In this document: positions 18,456 through 26,091 of the stretch, piece by piece
Numbering within the stretch: the stretch's first letter is position 1
Layout of the letters: each line of letters opens with the position of its first letter
NCBI GenBank assembly: GCA_030648835.1
Contig: JAUSGT010000002.1
Coordinates: 437,458-501,457 of the forward strand
Length of the DNA: 64,000 bases
DNA from: Candidatus Moraniibacteriota bacterium
GTDB taxonomy: Bacteria; Patescibacteriota; Minisyncoccia; Moranbacterales; UBA1568
Reading direction: 5' to 3'
Made by a program: the position numbers and the translations under genes
Notes under the pieces: model-generated
The model's input: only the letters and a program-made list of their open reading frames with translations
Database searches by the model: none
Told to the model about the DNA's origin: nothing

Positions 18456-20012
18456 ATGAATCTGAGACAAGTTTTGGACAGAAAGGGGATGTACATATAT
18501 CCCTGGTACATATCGGATATTGCGGTTACCAAAGATATCGCTTCCATCGCCCCGACCAATGTAAAGAAGGTTTTTGTCAGTATCAAAGACAACCTTTTGA
18601 CCATGTATTATGATACTGATGCTGTCGACAAGATTGCCATATACTTTTTGGATAAAATTCTTGTAAACGATATATTTTTTGATGAGGTTATCAAAAATAT
18701 TTATCACTGTGCCGATGATTTGCTTTCTTTTTGCAGAGAAAGCGCGGAGAAAAAAGTTGAAAAAATGTCAGATGAGGAGTTGCTGAGTATTTACCGGACG
18801 TATACGGAAAAATTACGCACTCTAAGGATATGGGGCTGGGTGCCTCCGATTCTGGACGGTATGACCGACCCGTTCTTGAGCCAGCATCTGCTTACGCGAT
18901 TCGGTGAATTTATGGTGACAAAAGGACTCTCTGATAAGGTGAGCGAGTATTATTCGACACTCAGTTCCAGCGAGAGAGAAAGCGAGGTACAAGGAGAAGA
19001 GATAGCTCGTTTGACACTGGCACAAAGTATTGTGGATAGCAGCCAGAGCGAAGAAATCATCCAGTGTATCAAGAATACCGATGAGGGTGCTTTACAGGAG
19101 AAATTTACATCGTTCTATGCACTTCTGGAAAAGCATACGCAAGCATTCGGCGCTCTCACCTATTCTTATAGTGGACCGGCGATGACCATCGCGTATCTGC
19201 TCAAGGCATTGGCCGATGATTTCGAACGAGGAGATATAAGGGGACAGAGAAAGAAAATTCAAGATCACTTCCGGAATATCAAAGAGGAAAAGAGAAAGAT
19301 TATCGAGGCGGTCGATTTGTCGGCAGATTTACAAAGGGAATTCCGAGTGTCGGCAGAACTGATGTATATCAAGGATTGGCGCAAGGGAGCCTATCAGAAA
19401 TCGTATCTCCTGATGGATGTTATTTTGCAAGAGTTAGCCAAGCGTTTGGATATATCTCTGAAAGAGATCAAGTTTCTTGTGTTTGACGAAGTGCGGGAAG
19501 CACTGACCGGAGGAAAGGGAACATACTATAAGGCTCTGCTTGAAGAGCGTCTGAAACACTGCTGCTATAGCGTGGAAAATGGTATTATTGTTGTTTCACA
19601 GGGTAAAGCTTGTGAAGTGTTGGAGGAAAAAATAAAGAAAGAAAGTGTGAGTATGGAACCGACGAAGATGCCAATAGGGGATATCCGCGAGATAAAAGGA
19701 TCTGTCGCGTACAGCGGGTATGCCAAGGGTATTGTGAAGATTGTGCTGACCGTAGAGGATACTGACAAGGTCAATGAAGGTGATATTCTCGTTTCTTCGG
19801 CGACCAATCCCGATCTGATGCTGGCGATGAGGAAGGCCGCCGCCTTCGTGACCGATACGGGAGGCATTATGTCGCATGCTTCTATCGTCTCGCGAGAAAT
19901 GAAAAAACCCTGCGTCGTTGGGACGAAAATAGCCACACATATATTCAAGGATGGTGATCTTGTGGAGGTAGATGCCAAGAACGGTGTAGTAAGGATTCTC
20001 AAAAAGAAATGA
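18456..20012 (+). CDS. P4: paralog with a divergent N-terminal domain and the C-terminal phosphohistidine swivel domain
   Basis: C-terminal GGIMSHASIVSREMKKPCVVGTKIATHIFKDGDLVEVDAKNG. Confidence 0.7.
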   Translation: MNLRQVLDRKGMYIYPWYISDIAVTKDIASIAPTNVKKVFVSIKDNLLTMYYDTDAVDKIAIYFLDKILVNDIFFDEVIKNIYHCADDLLSFCRESAEKKVEKMSDEELLSIYRTYTEKLRTLRIWGWVPPILDGMTDPFLSQHLLTRFGEFMVTKGLSDKVSEYYSTLSSSERESEVQGEEIARLTLAQSIVDSSQSEEIIQCIKNTDEGALQEKFTSFYALLEKHTQAFGALTYSYSGPAMTIAYLLKALADDFERGDIRGQRKKIQDHFRNIKEEKRKIIEAVDLSADLQREFRVSAELMYIKDWRKGAYQKSYLLMDVILQELAKRLDISLKEIKFLVFDEVREALTGGKGTYYKALLEERLKHCCYSVENGIIVVSQGKACEVLEEKIKKESVSMEPTKMPIGDIREIKGSVAYSGYAKGIVKIVLTVEDTDKVNEGDILVSSATNPDLMLAMRKAAAFVTDTGGIMSHASIVSREMKKPCVVGTKIATHIFKDGDLVEVDAKNGVVRILKKK

Positions 20013-21367
20013 ATATAAGTGATTTTCAAAATCGTAAATGGGTGGTGCTGGGAGCCAATTGTTACCCGCTGTATGCCGATTCTTTCGCGGAGCCGGTGAG
20101 CCAGGGGTACTACCGGACATATGGGATCCCCAATGAGGTGCTGGGGGTTTTCAACAAGGATTTTTTCGAATGGTTGTATGACAACTCACAACTCGTTGCA
20201 TTGTCAGAGAAATTATTGCCAGGTTTGTTGAGCACACCTTGGAATTACTATGATGAATGGCAAAAGAATGCGAAATCCTTTTCTGTTTTTCATGAATCAG
20301 TTATAGAAAAAGATTTTACAGCATTGTCCCATAAAGAGTTGGGTAAATTGGCAAAAGAATACCATCGTATTTTTTGGCTTCAGTTTGCTCCCAGTAATAT
20401 TATTGAGCCGCTTAGCTATTATTTTCAAAGCCGTTTCAAAAAAATGCTTACCCTCAAAGGTACGAAGGAAAATGAAATAGATCAGCTAATGGATTACTAT
20501 GGCCGATCCAAGTATCCAAACTATATTAAAGAATGTCTGGCTGAATACCGTTTGGCAAAAAATGAAGACGTCATACAAGCAGTTTTGAAGAAATATGCAT
20601 ACCTGGCGAACGATTACTTGGGGCCAAAAGTATTAACCAAAGCGTACCTGGATGAACTGTTAAAACAAGAAACGCATGAGCCGCATGTTGGCGCAGTCCC
20701 TGCTGTTTCTCCCGAAACGCAGTTGTTGCTAGAAGTTTTTCAGATGGTGGCTACTATCCAGGATGTCAGGAAAGCTTATAGCTTGATGATGATAGCTGGC
20801 GTACACAATTTTGCGATCGAATACGCCAAGCGGCTTAAACTGCCGGATACTCTTATATGGTATGCTCTCTGGAAAGAAATATATGCAGGCGATGTCAATG
20901 AAAAAAAGCTGGAAGAGCGTCGCGAACATAGCGTCATACTCTGGGGGAAAAAAGAAACGGTTGCTTGTGAAGGAATAGAGGCTGAGAAATTGGCAGCAGA
21001 TATCCATACGTTGGTTTTCGGCAGTACCAAAGATGTGAAAAAAGTGAAAGGCATATGTGCTTCTCCGGGAAAAGTCACGGGGCGAGCCGTCGTTGTGATG
21101 CATCCTGATGAATTCCACAAGGTGAAAAAAGGAGACGTGCTTTTTACTATGATGACGCGCCCGGAATATTTACCGGTTATGCAGCTGGCAGCCGCATTTG
21201 TCACTGATGAGGGAGGCATCACGTCGCACGCGGCGATTGTGGCGAGGGAAATGAAAAAACCATGTATCATAGCTACGAAAATAGGCACGAAAGTCGTGAA
21301 AGACGGTGATCTCGTCGAGGTAGACGCGGATAAGGGGATAGTGAGGATATTAGAAAAAAAGAAATAG
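20009..21367 (+). CDS. P5: paralog with a divergent N-terminal domain and the C-terminal phosphohistidine swivel domain
   Basis: C-terminal GGITSHAAIVAREMKKPCIIATKIGTKVVKDGDLVEVDADKG. Its start overlaps the P4 stop (ATGA). Confidence 0.7.
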   Translation: MNISDFQNRKWVVLGANCYPLYADSFAEPVSQGYYRTYGIPNEVLGVFNKDFFEWLYDNSQLVALSEKLLPGLLSTPWNYYDEWQKNAKSFSVFHESVIEKDFTALSHKELGKLAKEYHRIFWLQFAPSNIIEPLSYYFQSRFKKMLTLKGTKENEIDQLMDYYGRSKYPNYIKECLAEYRLAKNEDVIQAVLKKYAYLANDYLGPKVLTKAYLDELLKQETHEPHVGAVPAVSPETQLLLEVFQMVATIQDVRKAYSLMMIAGVHNFAIEYAKRLKLPDTLIWYALWKEIYAGDVNEKKLEERREHSVILWGKKETVACEGIEAEKLAADIHTLVFGSTKDVKKVKGICASPGKVTGRAVVVMHPDEFHKVKKGDVLFTMMTRPEYLPVMQLAAAFVTDEGGITSHAAIVAREMKKPCIIATKIGTKVVKDGDLVEVDADKGIVRILEKKK

Positions 21368-21432
21368 AAAAACTGCCAAAATTGGCAGTAGATAATAAGC
21401 ACGCTTTGCAATTATACACCTTTTTGGTGGTT

Positions 21433-21461
21433 TTGTCAATGTCAGACTTATCCTGTATTAT
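21433..21461 (+). promoter_or_regulatory. Candidate promoter TTGTCA-17-TATTAT upstream of the riboflavin kinase gene
   Basis: TTGTCA at 21433-21438, a 17-nt spacer and TATTAT at 21456-21461. Confidence 0.35.
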
Positions 21462-21520
21462 TGAAGAATCGGATGTAAGTAATACCGAATGCTTACGTCA
21501 AAAGAATATAGGTTAATCGT

Positions 21521-21895
21521 ATGTCAGGAACAAAACAGGTGCCTCTTTTGGTACAAAAAGGAAAAGTGGAGCGCGGAACGAAAATGGCCCGGAAGGTGGG
21601 ATATCCTACGGTGAATATTCACTATGATGATCCGGAAATTCTTACCGGTACGTATGCCGGGAAAGTAACGGTGGACAATACCGAATACCGTGCCGCGATC
21701 TATGTCAATCAAGAGCGGGAAGTATTGGAGGCGCATCTTTTGGATTTTTCGGGGGATTTGTATGGAAAAGAGATCACCGTTGTATTGCTGGAACGGTTGG
21801 TAGAAGCGAAAGAGTTCCGGGGAAGACTGGACGAACAAAGTTTCATTGATTGGGCAGTAAAAGAGGTACAGAAATACTTCAACATAAATTCCTAA
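21521..21895 (+). CDS. Stand-alone riboflavin kinase (flavokinase) domain
   Basis: ARKVGYPTVNIHY...GTYAGKV...YRAAIYV...EAHLLDF..DLYGKEITV matches the RibF C-terminal flavokinase domain. No adenylyltransferase domain is present. Confidence 0.75.
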   Translation: MSGTKQVPLLVQKGKVERGTKMARKVGYPTVNIHYDDPEILTGTYAGKVTVDNTEYRAAIYVNQEREVLEAHLLDFSGDLYGKEITVVLLERLVEAKEFRGRLDEQSFIDWAVKEVQKYFNINS

Positions 21896-21989
21896 TATCT
21901 AATTTCTAATTCCTAATAAAAAAGTAGAAATTATAAAATTAAAGATTTCATTAGATATTAGATATTGGTAATTAGAAATTTTTAAACGT
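21896..21989. promoter_or_regulatory. AT-rich island with reiterated palindromic motifs (AATATCTAAT/ATTAGATATT, TTCTAATT/AATTAGAA) between the riboflavin kinase gene and ribE
   Basis: Several copies of TAGATATT and AATTAGAA in both orientations within 94 nt. The base composition is far more AT-rich than the flanks. Confidence 0.4.
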
Positions 21990-22580
21990 ATGTTTACCGG
22001 CATTGTTCAAAAAATAGCGCCGCTTCTTTCTGCCACTCCCCAAGGGGAGTGTTTGCGGGTGCGGATCAAAAAGCCTCTTGGCTGGAAATTGACTCCGGGG
22101 CAAAGCGTGGCTGTGGATGGGGTGTGTTCCACGGTAGTTTTATGCAAGTCAGATTTTTTCGAAGTGGAGTATATGCAAGAGACGCTTATCAAAACAACAG
22201 TGAAAACATTTAAAAAAAACCAAGTTGTCAATCTCGAGCGATCTCTGACTCTCAAAGATTTTGTAGACGGAGGTTTGGTCCAGGGGCATGTGGATATGCG
22301 TGGCAAGGTAAAGAAGGTAGAAAAAACAGGGGAAATGGCCCTCCTTGAAATAACTCTTCCGGAAGCATTAAAGAAATATATCGCTCCTATCGGGTCTGTC
22401 ACAGTGAATGGTGTCAGTTTGACAGTGGCTCGGGTAAAGAAGGATACTTTCAGTATGGCACTTATCCCATACACGTTGGAACATACCAATCTCGGGCTTT
22501 TGAAAAAGGGTGACATGGTCAATGTAGAAGTGGATATTCTGGCGCGGTACATCGTCAATGCGCGAATAAAGGAAAGATAA
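21990..22580 (+). CDS. ribE: Riboflavin synthase alpha chain
   Basis: MFTGIVQ N-terminus and two lumazine-binding repeats (VAVDGVCSTV and VTVNGVSLTV). Confidence 0.85.
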   Translation: MFTGIVQKIAPLLSATPQGECLRVRIKKPLGWKLTPGQSVAVDGVCSTVVLCKSDFFEVEYMQETLIKTTVKTFKKNQVVNLERSLTLKDFVDGGLVQGHVDMRGKVKKVEKTGEMALLEITLPEALKKYIAPIGSVTVNGVSLTVARVKKDTFSMALIPYTLEHTNLGLLKKGDMVNVEVDILARYIVNARIKER

Positions 22581-22600
22581 TTCAGGTAACTTAGAGAAAT

Positions 22601-23068
22601 ATGCAAGTAAAAAACGCCGCCAAAAGAATAACAAAAAACGCTTCAGCGCTCCAGATCGGTATCGTGGTATCCAACTATTACGCCGATACGATTACCGGAA
22701 AACTTTTGCTTGGAGCAGAGGCTGTTCTGAAAGAATGGAAAGTGTTGCCAAAAAATATTACCGTGGTGCGTGTTCCGGGGTGTTTCGAAATTCCTTATGG
22801 CTGTATCACACTTCTAAAACAAAAAAAGTACGACGCTCTGATTACTTTGGGCTGCATTGTCAAAGGTGAGACGGAACACGATCGCTATATCGCTTCGGCG
22901 GTTTCGCAGGGCATTATGGATCTGACTTTGGCACACGGGGTGCCGATAGCGTTCGGCGTGCTTACCGTCAACAACTTGGCTCAGGCAAAAGCCCGTTCCA
23001 CGGGAAAAAATAACAAAGGAGTGGAAGCTGCTATCGCCGCGTTAGAGGCAACTTTCTTGAAAAAATGA
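22601..23068 (+). CDS. ribH: 6,7-dimethyl-8-ribityllumazine synthase
   Basis: Typical RibH motifs: IGIVVS..., VPGCFEIP, LGCIVKGETEHDRYI and GVLTV. Confidence 0.85.
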   Translation: MQVKNAAKRITKNASALQIGIVVSNYYADTITGKLLLGAEAVLKEWKVLPKNITVVRVPGCFEIPYGCITLLKQKKYDALITLGCIVKGETEHDRYIASAVSQGIMDLTLAHGVPIAFGVLTVNNLAQAKARSTGKNNKGVEAAIAALEATFLKK

Positions 23069-23997
23069 TAATACTGGGTGACTGTATGTTTGAAGAAATT
23101 CATAATAATGAAGCAAGCGAACAAGAAGAAGTAGTTTTGAAGGTGATTATTCAGAGACATGGGCCTAAACTGAGCGCTTCCGGAGAAAAAAACCAGCTGG
23201 CGACTTATTTTGCGGATTCAGTGAAACAAGGGTTTCAGGTAACCGGGATATCTGAGGGAGAGGGATTAGTTCATGTAAATTCAAGTCCTGTTACGAGGGC
23301 AGCAGACACGGCAAAGATTGATATTGCTGAACTTTCTCATACACAGCATCGTTTTAAAGATATGGTTGTAAAGAAAGAGGCACTTGCTGTTTTGTTTCAA
23401 CCGTTGGCCGATGCAGAAGATCCGCGGTTCGCGCGGGATTTGGAGAGGATAGTAAAAATGCAAAAAAAAATTGAGCCGGAAGTGCGCGAAGAAGTCCTTT
23501 TGGAGGAGTCAAATCTTGTGAGTGAAGAAAAAGAGGCGGAAATACGCAATGTCATCGATATGAGAGTTCTTACGGTATTGTTCAATGATGTGCATACTAA
23601 CAAGAAAACATTTGAAACGTCTTATACAGAACTAGCCGACAAGTTTGCGGAGAGATACAAGGGATTTTTGCAGCATATTGGTATGCTGAAGGAAAGAAAG
23701 CGCGAGGGAGGACGTCAGCCAGTAGACGAACCTTACGTGCAGGTAGATATTACCCATTCATTTCCTGTGATGTGTTTTTTGAAAAAATACCTGGTATTTG
23801 CAGATGGAGTGTCTGCAGAAAGCCTTTCCCCAGAAGATTTTTTTGAAAGAACAGGCGGGATTATCCGTGAGTCCGGTTTTATGGAAATGCTTTATATTTC
23901 CAACAGTAACAAGGATTTGAAAGAGGAAAAGATGGCCATAGCTATCCGCGGGTCTTTTGGTAAAGGGCAAGAATTTTCAGGGGAAGTTTCTTTTTAA
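23065..23997 (+). CDS. Hypothetical protein, possibly a histidine-phosphatase (PGAM/SixA-like) fold
   Basis: VIIQRHGPK near the N-terminus resembles the catalytic RHG motif. A later His lies in ITHSFPV. The assignment is weak. Confidence 0.35.
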   Translation: MIILGDCMFEEIHNNEASEQEEVVLKVIIQRHGPKLSASGEKNQLATYFADSVKQGFQVTGISEGEGLVHVNSSPVTRAADTAKIDIAELSHTQHRFKDMVVKKEALAVLFQPLADAEDPRFARDLERIVKMQKKIEPEVREEVLLEESNLVSEEKEAEIRNVIDMRVLTVLFNDVHTNKKTFETSYTELADKFAERYKGFLQHIGMLKERKREGGRQPVDEPYVQVDITHSFPVMCFLKKYLVFADGVSAESLSPEDFFERTGGIIRESGFMEMLYISNSNKDLKEEKMAIAIRGSFGKGQEFSGEVSF

Positions 23998-24007
23998 ATG
24001 ATTTTTT

Positions 24008-25588
24008 ATGCATGAAAAAATAAATTGGTTTTGGATGCATCGGAGAAATGCCAGTCTGCATCACTTCAGTTTTTTGATGACCGGTATGGCCAAGAGAGGA
24101 TGGTCGCCGGTGGTCGATTTTTGGTTTGATAACCAGGCAGTTGTCGGAGTACCAGGCAAAGGCTGTTATGTTTTTTATGATAAAGACCAGCTGAAAAGCG
24201 GGGTGAAGTATAAGAATATCCAAGACAGTATTGATAGTAATCCTGCCTTTGTAAAGGATTTTCAACGAAGAACGGATGAAATTTTTGGTGCGTTGTTTTT
24301 CAAATGCCTTGATATTGAAACAGACAATCTTTCTCTCCTGAGCGACAAGGAACTCCATAGGCTCTACCTCGGCTTCATAGATGCTATGACTGTTGGTCCG
24401 CTCATAACCGTACAACTTTTCGGTATTGAAGCTTGTTTTGATGAGAATTACCGGATCATACAATTTCTCAGGAAACGTTTGCAGGAGCTTGGCAAAGGAA
24501 AAGAATTTGAAACATATAAAGGTATTCTCTCGGTGAATATCGGAGAGACGGTGGCATTTACGGAAAAGAAAAATTTTTACCAGGTTGCGGCGGAAATGGC
24601 AAAAAATAAAGATATTTACGCGCTTTTTCAGAATGAGTCGTTGCAAGAAATAAGCGAGAAATTGAAAAAGTATCCTCGAGAGAACGCTCTTTTCGAGCGA
24701 CATACCAAGAAGTACGAGTGGGTGAATACCGAATACGTGAGCGGTGGCTGGTCTCGTGAGAAGTGGATTGGTGAATTCAAAACGGCGTTGACAGATGTTC
24801 TATTGCCGGATGAACAATTGAAGATTATTTTGCAGAGTTTTGAAGATCTCAATGCGGAAAGAAAAAAGACCATTGAAGAACTGGCTCCGCCCAAGGATGT
24901 TTTGCATGCTCTCAACTGTCTTTCTGAACTGATAGCGCAAAGAGATTGGACAAAAGGGTATTTTACGAAGGCTCTATTGAGCTACAATGTGCTTCTTGAT
25001 GAGATTGCCAGGAGGATCGGTAAAACACGAGAGGATATTCTGCTCTATTCTTATCATGAAATCGAAGCGTACTTTTTGGACGGAACGATTATTCCACAGG
25101 AAGAAATAGATGATCGGAAGAGCAACGGGTTTGTCATTCTCATCAAGCATGGGAGTTTCGAACTGGTTACCGGAAAAAAGAAAATACAGGAAGTTATTGA
25201 GAGTGAAAAAATTTCAGAACCGTTTGAAAAGGTGGCACATATTACCGAATTTAAGGGGCTGGGAGTTTCGCGGGGATGTATCCGGGGGAAGGTGCGGGTT
25301 TTGGAAGATGCCTCGAAGATTTCAGAGCTTGTAGAAGGAGAGATACTGGTCACCTACATGACGACAATCGAATTCATTCCTGCTTTTCGAAAAGCGGCGG
25401 CGGTAGTAACCGATGAAGGTGGAATGTCGTGTCATGCGGCGATCGTAAGTCGAGAATTCAAATTACCTTGTGTCGTCGGCACAAAAGTAGCGACACGCGT
25501 ATTGGAGACGGGCGATGAAGTCGAGGTAGACGCGGATAATGGAAAAGTAAAAATATTGACTAAACACTCATTTATTCAACAAACTTGA
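24008..25588 (+). CDS. P6: paralog with a divergent N-terminal domain and the C-terminal phosphohistidine swivel domain
   Basis: C-terminal GGMSCHAAIVSREFKLPCVVGTKVATRVLETGDEVEVDADNG. Confidence 0.7.
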   Translation: MHEKINWFWMHRRNASLHHFSFLMTGMAKRGWSPVVDFWFDNQAVVGVPGKGCYVFYDKDQLKSGVKYKNIQDSIDSNPAFVKDFQRRTDEIFGALFFKCLDIETDNLSLLSDKELHRLYLGFIDAMTVGPLITVQLFGIEACFDENYRIIQFLRKRLQELGKGKEFETYKGILSVNIGETVAFTEKKNFYQVAAEMAKNKDIYALFQNESLQEISEKLKKYPRENALFERHTKKYEWVNTEYVSGGWSREKWIGEFKTALTDVLLPDEQLKIILQSFEDLNAERKKTIEELAPPKDVLHALNCLSELIAQRDWTKGYFTKALLSYNVLLDEIARRIGKTREDILLYSYHEIEAYFLDGTIIPQEEIDDRKSNGFVILIKHGSFELVTGKKKIQEVIESEKISEPFEKVAHITEFKGLGVSRGCIRGKVRVLEDASKISELVEGEILVTYMTTIEFIPAFRKAAAVVTDEGGMSCHAAIVSREFKLPCVVGTKVATRVLETGDEVEVDADNGKVKILTKHSFIQQT

Positions 25589-25975
25589 TTTGTGTTTTTC
25601 CGGATGATGCGATCCGAGAAAAACGAAAGGGGTATGGAGTTTGGTGAGCTCTTTCGCTATCGCTTGCTGGTCGTGGCCGAGAAAAACTACGTTGGGAGCA
25701 TATTTTTTCAGGACGGTCCATTTACCCAACACTCTATCTCCTCGGACGACTGTGAGTTTTGGGTTGAAGTTTTGGATGGCGGTGATGCGTTCGTTTTGTC
25801 CGTAGCGGGGCAGGTGTCCTTTGAGCTGAAGGACCGCTTCTCCGGCTGTCACGGCTACGATAAGTTTTTCGCAGCGTTTGGCGGCTTCTGTCAGAAAGTA
25901 TTTGTGGCCTTTGTGCAGCCCATCAAAAACACCAAAAACTACGCCTGTTTTATAAAGAGACTTTTTTTGTAGCAT
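25568..25975 (-). CDS. Cytidylyltransferase-fold protein, probably FMN adenylyltransferase (FAD synthetase N-domain-like)
   Basis: GVVFGVFDGLHKGHKYFL carries the (H/T)xGH nucleotidyltransferase motif, as in the RibF N-terminus. The track ORF extends to 26059; the internal Met at 25975 is the more plausible start. Its 3' end overlaps P6 convergently. Confidence 0.6.
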   Translation of the reverse strand: MLQKKSLYKTGVVFGVFDGLHKGHKYFLTEAAKRCEKLIVAVTAGEAVLQLKGHLPRYGQNERITAIQNFNPKLTVVRGDRVLGKWTVLKKYAPNVVFLGHDQQAIAKELTKLHTPFVFLGSHHPEKHKSSLLNK

Positions 25976-26091
25976 AGAGGTGGATTGGTCTAAGAAGGTA
26001 TACATATATTTTAACACAACAGCGTACAGCTTGTATTCTTGGCGTGGACACCGTACCATAAGAGTGAAGATAAAAGATAAATGACCATAGT

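Noticed and set aside
21368-21989. Possible FMN riboswitch upstream of the riboflavin genes
   Set aside because: Neither spacer has the GC-rich FMN-aptamer consensus (for example AGGATGG...GGGCAGGGTGAAATTCCC) or sufficient length. The region before ribE is an AT-rich palindromic island instead.
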